From a virus (taxonomy: Duplodnaviria > Caudoviricetes), in the IMG/VR virus record IMGVR_UViG_3300020471_000006, positions 128,001 to 192,000 of that record: a stretch of DNA of 64,000 nt; one strand, given 5' to 3'. The notes below the pieces were generated by a model. It did no database searches. It was not told the DNA's origin and worked only from the letters and a program-made list of their open reading frames with translations. Position 1 is the stretch's first letter. Every line of letters begins with the position of its first letter. Shown here one piece after another: positions 55,291 through 62,593 of this stretch. The translations under genes were made by a program, and so were the position numbers.

Positions 55291-56373
55291 ATGCCAGCAC
55301 CAAATCCTCTTACAACTACACAGTTAGTTGGTTACTTATCAGAAAAATATGGTACACAGATCAATGCAGATCATGTACGTGAAGCAGCATCACATTTTGG
55401 GATTGGGTATGCTACAACGACCAAACGTTTACGTCAGTTCTATGTACAACGTGGTACATGGAATATCGAGAAGGTTAAGAAGCAACTTGAAAGGCAAATC
55501 ACTTCTCCTTCTGTAATACCAGAAATTCAGCAGAACCTAAAACCAGTTAAGGATCCAAACTTTGTTCCTTTTGGAAACTTCTCAGATGTTAAGAAAATTA
55601 TAGCATCTAAACTATTCTATCCTACCTTCATCACTGGACTCTCAGGAAATGGTAAGACACTTAGTGTAGAGCAAGCATGTGCTCAACTAAATAGGGAACT
55701 CATTCGTGTAAACATCACTATTGAAACAGACGAAGATGATCTCATCGGTGGATTCAGACTTGTTAATGGTGAAACTGCATGGCATAATGGTCCTGTGGTA
55801 GAAGCACTAGAGAGAGGTGCAGTTCTTCTTCTTGATGAAGTTGACCTTGCATCAAATAAGATTTTATGCTTACAATCTATCCTAGAAGGCAAGGGTGTAT
55901 TCCTTAAAAAGATTGGTAAGTATGTTGAAAGGAAACCAGGCTTTAATGTTATTGCAACAGCAAACACAAAGGGTAAGGGATCTGAAGATGGTAGATTCAT
56001 TGGTACTAATGTATTGAACGAAGCATTCCTTGAGAGATTTGCTTTGACATTCGAGCAAGAGTATCCTTCAGTTAAGACTGAGCAGAGAATCCTTGAGAAA
56101 GTATCTGGTAACTTAGGTGTGCTTGACGAAGAGTTCTGTGAGAACCTTGCTAACTGGTCTGACATCATTCGTAGAACATTCAAGGATGGTGGTATCGATG
56201 AAGTTATCTCAACTCGTAGACTCGTACACATCATTCGTGCCTTTGCTATCTGGCAAGATCGTTTAAAAGCAATCAAGTTATGTGTAAACAGATTTGATGA
56301 TGAGACTAAGCAGTCATTCTTAGATTTGTATGATAAGATTGACGTTAACGTAGGAGAAGAATCCGATGATTAA
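55291..56373 (+). CDS. cobS: CobS-like MoxR AAA+ ATPase
   Basis: GLSGNGKT, EDDLIGG, LLLDEVD, ATANTKG, NEAFLERF, ISTRRL. Confidence 0.92.
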   Translation: MPAPNPLTTTQLVGYLSEKYGTQINADHVREAASHFGIGYATTTKRLRQFYVQRGTWNIEKVKKQLERQITSPSVIPEIQQNLKPVKDPNFVPFGNFSDVKKIIASKLFYPTFITGLSGNGKTLSVEQACAQLNRELIRVNITIETDEDDLIGGFRLVNGETAWHNGPVVEALERGAVLLLDEVDLASNKILCLQSILEGKGVFLKKIGKYVERKPGFNVIATANTKGKGSEDGRFIGTNVLNEAFLERFALTFEQEYPSVKTEQRILEKVSGNLGVLDEEFCENLANWSDIIRRTFKDGGIDEVISTRRLVHIIRAFAIWQDRLKAIKLCVNRFDDETKQSFLDLYDKIDVNVGEESDD

Positions 56374-56533
56374 ATCAGGCGATTGTAGATTCGTAGGCAG
56401 TGTCATCTCCCTTAAGGGAGGTGCTTCTGCTAGGGTGCTCAGTGTACGTGAAGATAAAATTTCAATATTAAATCTTGACGGTTCGCAAAAAGAGTGCTAT
56501 TATGAAGAGATCAAATATGTATGGACACCTTGA
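56366..56533 (+). CDS. Small hypothetical protein (not in ORF track)
   Basis: MIKSGDCRFVGSVISL...YVWTP, 55 aa; AGGAG SD. Confidence 0.55.
   Translation: MIKSGDCRFVGSVISLKGGASARVLSVREDKISILNLDGSQKECYYEEIKYVWTP
56475..56503 (+). promoter_or_regulatory. Sigma70-like promoter
   Basis: TTGACG-17 nt-TATTAT, before the 56521 gene and gp45. Confidence 0.6.
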
Positions 56534-56838
56534 AGTATAACGAAGACCAACTCATCAAAGAGATTCATGACTACATTAGTCAAACCTACAGAGGACACTA
56601 CTCTGCTGGTAATGTACAAACACTTGACCTCATTGATTCTGTAGGAGATGCAGAGGCATTCTGTAGAAGCAATGTTCTGAAGTATGCTTCACGTTATGAC
56701 CGTAAAGGATCAGCACGTAAAGATATTATTAAAATTATTCACTATGGAATTCTCCTTCTACACTTCAATGACAAACGAGCAGCAGCAGACGCTGCATCCA
56801 CTAGTTCCACCGCCTTCACCGTTGACTATGACAAATAA
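56521..56838 (+). CDS. DUF3310/T7 gp1.7-like putative nucleotide kinase
   Basis: TY.GHY, FCRSNVLKYASRY.RKG...KDI.K.IHY. Confidence 0.7.
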   Translation: MDTLKYNEDQLIKEIHDYISQTYRGHYSAGNVQTLDLIDSVGDAEAFCRSNVLKYASRYDRKGSARKDIIKIIHYGILLLHFNDKRAAADAASTSSTAFTVDYDK

Positions 56839-57502
56839 AGTAAACCTAACTGGTGACACAGTAAACATTCTAAGGAACTACTGTCACATTAATTCATCTA
56901 TCGTTTTTAGAAAAGGAAATGTTATCAGAACGATCAGTAACGCAGAGAACATCCTCGCTAAGTACACCAGCGATGAAAGCTTTCCGACTGACTTCGCTAT
57001 ATATGATCTTCCACAGTTTCTTTCTGGTCTCGCTCTGTTTGATAATCCTGAACTGGACTTCTCCTCTGAGAATTATGTTCGGATTAACAGCGGCCGTCAG
57101 TCTGTTAAGTACTATTATAGTGACCCTGAGATTACGCTCAAGTCTGCACCAGAGAAGAATGTAAAGTTTCCTGGTGGTGACATTACATTTGAATTGAATG
57201 CTGAGGATCTCAAAAAGTTGTATAAAGCAGCAGCAGTATATCACTTGCCAGATCTAAACATCACTACAACTGGTGGGAAGATTGAACTTGTTCTTCATGA
57301 CAATGATAATGATACCAGCAACACATTTAAAATTGGTGTGCAAGGTACTTATACAAATCAAGATCTAGATCTTGATATTAAGATGGAGAATGTTAGGGTG
57401 ATGGAGAGAGATTATAACGTTAAGGTATCATCTCAGTTGATTTCTGAATGGACTTCTTCTGACGACAAATTAACTTATTACATTGCGTTGGAGCCCAAGT
57501 AG
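56828..57502 (+). CDS. gp45: Sliding clamp gp45
   Basis: ILRNYCHINSSI.F..G, FAIYDL..FL, YYIALE; start moved from 56684. Confidence 0.92.
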   Translation: MTNKVNLTGDTVNILRNYCHINSSIVFRKGNVIRTISNAENILAKYTSDESFPTDFAIYDLPQFLSGLALFDNPELDFSSENYVRINSGRQSVKYYYSDPEITLKSAPEKNVKFPGGDITFELNAEDLKKLYKAAAVYHLPDLNITTTGGKIELVLHDNDNDTSNTFKIGVQGTYTNQDLDLDIKMENVRVMERDYNVKVSSQLISEWTSSDDKLTYYIALEPK

Positions 57503-58446
57503 TGTCGAATGATTTTTTATGGGTCGAGAAATATCGACCAAAGGTGATTGATGATTGTATACTCCCAGAGACTATCAAGAATGTATTCAAGGGATTCGTC
57601 TCTCAAGGCGAATTACCTAATCTCCTACTTACTGGATCTGCTGGTGTTGGTAAGACTACCATCGCCAAAGCATTATGTGATGAGATAGGTGCATCCTACA
57701 TCATGATCAATGGATCTGATGAGGGTAGATTTCTTGATACTGTTAGGACTAGAATCAGAACGTTTGCTTCAACTGTCTCACTGACCTCTGGAGCGTCCCA
57801 CAAGGTCGTTATTATAGATGAAGCAGACAACACAACCAACGATGTTCAACTGTCTCTCAGAAGTGCTGTGGAGGAGTTTCACAATAACTGTAGGTTTATA
57901 TTTACTTGTAATTTTATCAACAAGATTATTGAACCTTTACACTCACGGTGTACAGTGGTTGATTTTCGTGTAAAGAATGGACAGTCTGTAGCATTACAGG
58001 GTCAGTTCTTTGAACGTCTTAGAGTTATATTAAAAAAAGAGAATGCTAAATTTGAAGATAAAGTTCTGGCTAAACTTATTAAGCGGTATTATCCTGATTG
58101 GCGTAGGCTTATCAATGAGTGTCAACGCTATTCTGCTAATGGAGCCATTGATGCAGCTATTCTCGTGGATGTTGCTGACGTTAATCTTGATCATCTTCTT
58201 TCGGCATTGAAGCAGAAAGATTTCAAGACTGTTAAGAATTGGGTCGTTCAACATATGGATAATGATCCTAGCATGGTAATGCGTAAGATTTATGACAATC
58301 TTTATGGTGTACTAAAACCCAATTCAATACCAGAAGCTGTGTTAGTTATCGCAAAGTACATGAGAGATATCTCAAATGTACCAGACCAAGAGATTAATAT
58401 GTTAGCATGTCTGACTGAAATAATGATGACTTGCGAATTCAAATAA
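57502..58446 (+). CDS. gp44: Clamp loader large subunit gp44
   Basis: LWVEKYRP, GSAGVGKTT, IIDEAD, LHSRC. Confidence 0.96.
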   Translation: MSNDFLWVEKYRPKVIDDCILPETIKNVFKGFVSQGELPNLLLTGSAGVGKTTIAKALCDEIGASYIMINGSDEGRFLDTVRTRIRTFASTVSLTSGASHKVVIIDEADNTTNDVQLSLRSAVEEFHNNCRFIFTCNFINKIIEPLHSRCTVVDFRVKNGQSVALQGQFFERLRVILKKENAKFEDKVLAKLIKRYYPDWRRLINECQRYSANGAIDAAILVDVADVNLDHLLSALKQKDFKTVKNWVVQHMDNDPSMVMRKIYDNLYGVLKPNSIPEAVLVIAKYMRDISNVPDQEINMLACLTEIMMTCEFK

Positions 58447-58513
58447 AGTGTGCTAAATTACTTTAGCAAGTGGAGTTTCCCAATGACTGAATTAAAGAGA
58501 CCAAATCCTTACA

Positions 58514-59347
58514 ATGCCCAGAACACTAAAATCACTGAAGACACCACTGCGTTATCCAGGAGGGAAGAGCAGAGCGATAGTAAAGTTGCTGCAATACCTC
58601 CCAGACCTTACCCAGGTAAAAGAGTTTCGTGAACCCTTTTTAGGTGGTGGGTCAGTAGCATTAGAAATTACAAAAAGGTATCCTCACATTGAGATATGGG
58701 TCAATGATCTATATGAACCTCTAGCAAATTTCTGGCAAATATTACAACATGATGGTGAAAAATTACAAGATGAACTTAAACAAATTAAGAAAGAATATCA
58801 TACTCCCGATCTGGCAAGGGACATCTTTACCAGATCTAAAGAGTATTTGTCCACGGAAGAAACTGATCCCTTCCGTCGTGCTGTCAGTTTTTATATTGTC
58901 AATAAGTGCAGTTTTAGTGGTCTCACAGAATCTTCGTCGTTCTCAAAACAAGCAAGTGAGTCCAACTTCTCCATCAATGGAATTGAAAGACTCATGGAAT
59001 ACTCCGAGCTTATTGAAGGATGGAAAATTACCAATGACACCTACGAATCCCTTCTAACAGATAAGAAGGATGTATTCGTTTATCTTGATCCACCCTATGA
59101 TATTAAGATTCCTATCTATGGGAAGAGGGGTGCTATGCACAAGTACTTTGATCATGATAAGTTTGCTTACGATTGTGACAATCATACTGCTCCTATGTTA
59201 ATATCATATAACAGTAGTCAGGTAGTAAGAGACAGATTCAAAGATTGGAATGCTGCTGAGTTCGATCACACTTACAGCATGCGTACTGTTGGTGACTATA
59301 TGAGGGAACAGCAAGACCGTAAGGAACTGGTTCTTTTGAACTACTGA
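58514..59347 (+). CDS. dam: D12-class DNA N6-adenine methyltransferase
   Basis: LRYPGGKS, EPFLGGGS, VNDL, YLDPPY. Confidence 0.92.
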   Translation: MPRTLKSLKTPLRYPGGKSRAIVKLLQYLPDLTQVKEFREPFLGGGSVALEITKRYPHIEIWVNDLYEPLANFWQILQHDGEKLQDELKQIKKEYHTPDLARDIFTRSKEYLSTEETDPFRRAVSFYIVNKCSFSGLTESSSFSKQASESNFSINGIERLMEYSELIEGWKITNDTYESLLTDKKDVFVYLDPPYDIKIPIYGKRGAMHKYFDHDKFAYDCDNHTAPMLISYNSSQVVRDRFKDWNAAEFDHTYSMRTVGDYMREQQDRKELVLLNY

Positions 59348-59402
59348 ACCAGTTGAAGAACTGTCACATTTTATTGTCACAACACACACCCTTTGCTATA
59401 AT
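59348..59402 (+). promoter_or_regulatory. Promoter with upstream quasi-palindromic box, copy 3
   Basis: ACCAGTT-GAAG-AACTGTC-ACA; TTGTCA (59374-59379), 17 nt, TATAAT (59397-59402). Confidence 0.75.
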
Positions 59403-59428
59403 ACATACAGATAACAAAGGTACTAACT

Positions 59429-59572
59429 ATGAGATGCGAAGTGAAACTCTATGTTGCTGGCAGAGTCTATAGTGAGTTTGTCGAAGCACGTGATTATCAG
59501 GAGGCACGTCAGGTTGCAGAAGTACGCAACCCACATGCTAAAGTAATGTCTGTGAATGCTGTATTCAAATGA
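59429..59572 (+). CDS. Small hypothetical protein (not in ORF track)
   Basis: MRCEVKLYVAGRV...NAVFK, 47 aa; AAGG SD. Confidence 0.65.
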   Translation: MRCEVKLYVAGRVYSEFVEARDYQEARQVAEVRNPHAKVMSVNAVFK

Positions 59573-59673
59573 GCAAAACTAATCTACAAGAAAAGATTTC
59601 AATAGCAAAAAAGCGAATCGATGAGTTACTTTTGTTGATCGCACACTGGAAAAAACAAGACGAGGCAAAATGA
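59569..59673 (+). CDS. Very small hypothetical protein (not in ORF track)
   Basis: 34 aa with ATGA overlaps at both ends. Confidence 0.55.
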   Translation: MSKTNLQEKISIAKKRIDELLLLIAHWKKQDEAK

Positions 59674-59849
59674 TTTTAGTTTTTATAATCGTAGGATTAT
59701 TGTTCTTTATTATGGGGTATGGATTGTACCTTACAATAGGACCAGGTAAAAAAGATCTAAGAGATCCTATTGACGAGCATGCTAAGATGCATGAGTTAGG
59801 TATTGCACACTCACATAAAGAAGGAACATACAGAGCCCTTAATAAATGA
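59670..59849 (+). CDS. psbN: PsbN-like protein (not in ORF track)
   Basis: One TM helix, then GYGLYLTIGPGKKDLRDPIDEH, matching PsbN GY.lY..fG.p...LRDPfeEH; His-rich tail. Confidence 0.7.
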   Translation: MILVFIIVGLLFFIMGYGLYLTIGPGKKDLRDPIDEHAKMHELGIAHSHKEGTYRALNK

Positions 59850-60244
59850 AATATCAGTTAAAGGATTATCTCTACACCATCAATCAAACAAAAAAGAATT
59901 TGATGGATGAAGACAGTGATGCTATAAAAAATTACACACCCTATGTGGTTAATCGGTGTCTGTCTTCATTTACAGATGCCATTCTTTATGCCAATGAAAT
60001 GAATAAGTCTACACACCTTCCTAAGAAGATGCAGTACGACTTTTATATAAATAGTCTCAAGCCTAGAAAGCGTTTTTCGCCATGGGCACGTAAAGATTCT
60101 ATTGATTATCTTGACGTAGTTAAAGAGTATTATGGTTATAATGATGATAAAGCTCTTCAAGCACTCAGGATTCTCACCAAGGATCAGATTGAACATATAA
60201 CATATTCATTGAGAAAGGGTGGAAACAATGAGCGTCGAAACTGA
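59846..60244 (+). CDS. gp62: Clamp loader small subunit gp62
   Basis: Y.PYVVNRCLS, NEMN, QYDF.INSL.PRKRFSPW, VKEYYGY...KA..AL.IL. Confidence 0.92.
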   Translation: MKYQLKDYLYTINQTKKNLMDEDSDAIKNYTPYVVNRCLSSFTDAILYANEMNKSTHLPKKMQYDFYINSLKPRKRFSPWARKDSIDYLDVVKEYYGYNDDKALQALRILTKDQIEHITYSLRKGGNNERRN

Positions 60245-60650
60245 GATCCAGTGGAAACAATCAGACATGATTGAAGTCATGCTGAGTGAACCAGATGATT
60301 TTCTGAAAGTGAGAGAGACTTTAACTCGGATAGGAGTAGCATCTCGTAAAGAAAAAAAGATTTATCAATCTTGCCATATCCTACACAAGCAAGGTAAGTA
60401 TTACATAGTTCATTTTAAGGAACTGTTTGCTTTGGATGGTAAGAAAACTAACTTATCAACAAATGATGTGCAACGTCGTAATAGAATTGTGCAGTTACTA
60501 TCTGATTGGGGGTTGATTAAAATTTCTGATAGTAATGCTGTGCTTGACCTAGCACCTCTTAATCAAATAAAAGTGTTGTCATTCAAAGAAAAGGGTGACT
60601 GGACATTAGAAAGCAAGTATAATATTGGCAGAAAGAAAACTGAATCTTGA
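60228..60650 (+). CDS. regA: Translational repressor RegA
   Basis: PDDFLKVRETLTRIGVAS, LYQSCHILHKQG.YYIVHFKELF.LDG pattern. Confidence 0.95.
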   Translation: MSVETEIQWKQSDMIEVMLSEPDDFLKVRETLTRIGVASRKEKKIYQSCHILHKQGKYYIVHFKELFALDGKKTNLSTNDVQRRNRIVQLLSDWGLIKISDSNAVLDLAPLNQIKVLSFKEKGDWTLESKYNIGRKKTES

Positions 60651-61366
60651 CTGATGAAATAAATGCTCTTGTTATAAAAGAGCAACGTGGTAAATTACAT
60701 AGATGGAAAACTTGGGAACCTAAGACACCATTTGCACCCACCGTAGATGCACATTTGTGGGTAGATTCTTATGGTCCTTTATTAGCAAAGGAGCTTCAAG
60801 TATTAATAAAGGAAACACGTATAGGTAATGTATCAGAAGGTTCGTTTTTAGTAGGACAAGACTTTAAGAAGTGGTGGACAAAGTATAATATTTTTAGTTG
60901 GACTGAGTGGACAGTGTTGTCTATGCTCAGAGAAAGAATTTATATAAGTTATGTAGATTACTGTAAGACACTTGAAATAGAACCATTACAGAGAAAGGAT
61001 TTGTGGGTTAGAGGATGGTTTGTAAGACTTGAACAAGGTGATCATATAGGAATGCATTCACACTCTCTACACGAGAATACATTTCTTAGTGGAAACATGA
61101 GTCTTAGTACGAATGATACTACCACAGATTATTGGATCCCATTGTTTAGTTTGTATCATGGTTATTTCAGAGTAAAGAATGATCCAGGTAATATATGTTT
61201 GTTTCCTTCGTGGTTACAACATAGGGTTGATCGTCTTAAGGATAGACAGGTACGGTATACCCTAGCATTTGATTTGTTTACTAAAGAATCATTTAATTAT
61301 ATCGAAAAAACCGAAACAAAAGGTGAGGATCTTGCTAAAATAATCCTGTTGTCAACTAAGTTGTAG
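60647..61366 (+). CDS. Putative 2OG-Fe(II) oxygenase-like protein
   Basis: HSH...LSG, LFPSWLQHRV, RYTLAFD; TTG start. Confidence 0.65.
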   Translation: MTDEINALVIKEQRGKLHRWKTWEPKTPFAPTVDAHLWVDSYGPLLAKELQVLIKETRIGNVSEGSFLVGQDFKKWWTKYNIFSWTEWTVLSMLRERIYISYVDYCKTLEIEPLQRKDLWVRGWFVRLEQGDHIGMHSHSLHENTFLSGNMSLSTNDTTTDYWIPLFSLYHGYFRVKNDPGNICLFPSWLQHRVDRLKDRQVRYTLAFDLFTKESFNYIEKTETKGEDLAKIILLSTKL

Positions 61367-61371
61367 TGTGG

Positions 61372-61424
61372 TTAAATAGTAGTGTCGCCGAAAGGGACAC
61401 AATTACACTCGCTTAGAAAAGGAG
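61372..61424 (+). promoter_or_regulatory. hsp20 leader: TAAATA core, GNRA hairpin and SD
   Basis: TTAAATA 61372-61378; GTGTC-G-CC-GAAA-GG-GACAC 61382-61400; AAGGAG 61419-61424. Confidence 0.55.
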
Positions 61425-61431
61425 AACTATC

Positions 61432-61860
61432 ATGGGTAACCTAACAAGGTATCATGCTGCGGATTTGCCACAGCTACTAGACAGAATAAACAAGAACTCT
61501 ATCGGAATGGAAGATTTTTTCGATGGATTTTTTAATGCAACAACAGATAACTATCCACCATATAATCTGGTATCTGTGAACAACATTGAATCCAAACTAG
61601 AGATCGCTCTTGCTGGTTTCAAGAAAGAAGAGGTTGCAGTTTACACAGAGTATGGTAAACTACATGTAGAAGGCAAGAAAGAAAACACAGACACAGAGAC
61701 AGAATACCATCACAGAGGACTAGCACAGAGATCTTTCAAGAGGTCATGGTCTATTTCAGATGATGTAGAAATCAGGTCTGTTGAGTTTCAAGATGGTCTT
61801 CTTTCTGTTAGACTAGGCAAAATCATTCCAGAGCATCATGCGAGGAAAGATTGGCTTTGA
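61432..61860 (+). CDS. hsp20: Small heat-shock protein
   Basis: YPPYN, EIALAGF, HRGLAQRSF.RSW, DGLL.V.L alpha-crystallin motifs. Confidence 0.93.
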   Translation: MGNLTRYHAADLPQLLDRINKNSIGMEDFFDGFFNATTDNYPPYNLVSVNNIESKLEIALAGFKKEEVAVYTEYGKLHVEGKKENTDTETEYHHRGLAQRSFKRSWSISDDVEIRSVEFQDGLLSVRLGKIIPEHHARKDWL

Positions 61861-61861
61861 C

Positions 61862-61890
61862 TTGACAGGTTGTTAAATATACTGTATACT
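61862..61890 (+). promoter_or_regulatory. Sigma70-like promoter
   Basis: TTGACA-17 nt-TATACT. Confidence 0.85.
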
Positions 61891-61914
61891 ATTAAAATCG
61901 TAGAAAAATAAATT

Positions 61915-62400
61915 ATGACGGATTCAGCTGCGACAGCAACACCACCTGTCCAGGATGGTGGACAACCTGCTGCACCACCAACAATACAACATAATATTCG
62001 TATCGTGACACTAGCATCAGGAGAGAATGTTATCTGCAACTTCACTCAGGTTCGTGAGGAAGATAAGTTTGTAGCATATCAAATGTTATATCCTTTGATC
62101 ACTACCCTTACAGTGGATGGCGAAGAAGGTTCACCTGATGCTACTTATCGTGTGGATTATAGAAGGTGGAATGTTTTCACACCTTATGAAGACTTCCGAA
62201 TTAACCCACAACATGTGGTGACTGCCATGCCTCCAAATGTGGAGATCATGACAAATTATGTACAGAAGTTAAAGGATGCTGGAGTTGATCTAGGATTCCT
62301 ACCTAATAATGGAGAGGACATTTTAAATGCAGGAGGAACAACAGGAGAATCGAGTGCAGCTGCTGCTACTGCGGGACCAGTGGGTAGTAGCCCGAGTTGA
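61915..62400 (+). CDS. Hypothetical protein
   Basis: 161 aa; IVTLASGENVIC motif. Confidence 0.75.
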   Translation: MTDSAATATPPVQDGGQPAAPPTIQHNIRIVTLASGENVICNFTQVREEDKFVAYQMLYPLITTLTVDGEEGSPDATYRVDYRRWNVFTPYEDFRINPQHVVTAMPPNVEIMTNYVQKLKDAGVDLGFLPNNGEDILNAGGTTGESSAAAATAGPVGSSPS

Positions 62401-62593
62401 AGAACTGGGTGGTGTAGAGTTTGGTGACCCAGACTGTGTACTATACAACCCTAAAGAAGTGAAAGAAGATGGTGAATTAATACCTTGGCCTCCTCACTCT
62501 GAGGATGCTGAGGTTGTCATTAGGTCATCTGATATATTAGTATTGGTTAGTCCAAGTAAGAAAGTTCTTGCTCGTTACATTGAATCTGAATGA
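62327..62593 (+). CDS. Hypothetical protein
   Basis: 88 aa; ATGA-coupled to gp43. Confidence 0.65.
   Translation: MQEEQQENRVQLLLLRDQWVVARVEELGGVEFGDPDCVLYNPKEVKEDGELIPWPPHSEDAEVVIRSSDILVLVSPSKKVLARYIESE

Noticed and set aside
55683-56276. 197-aa ORF antisense to cobS
   Set aside because: Lies entirely within a conserved core gene and has no recognisable motif.
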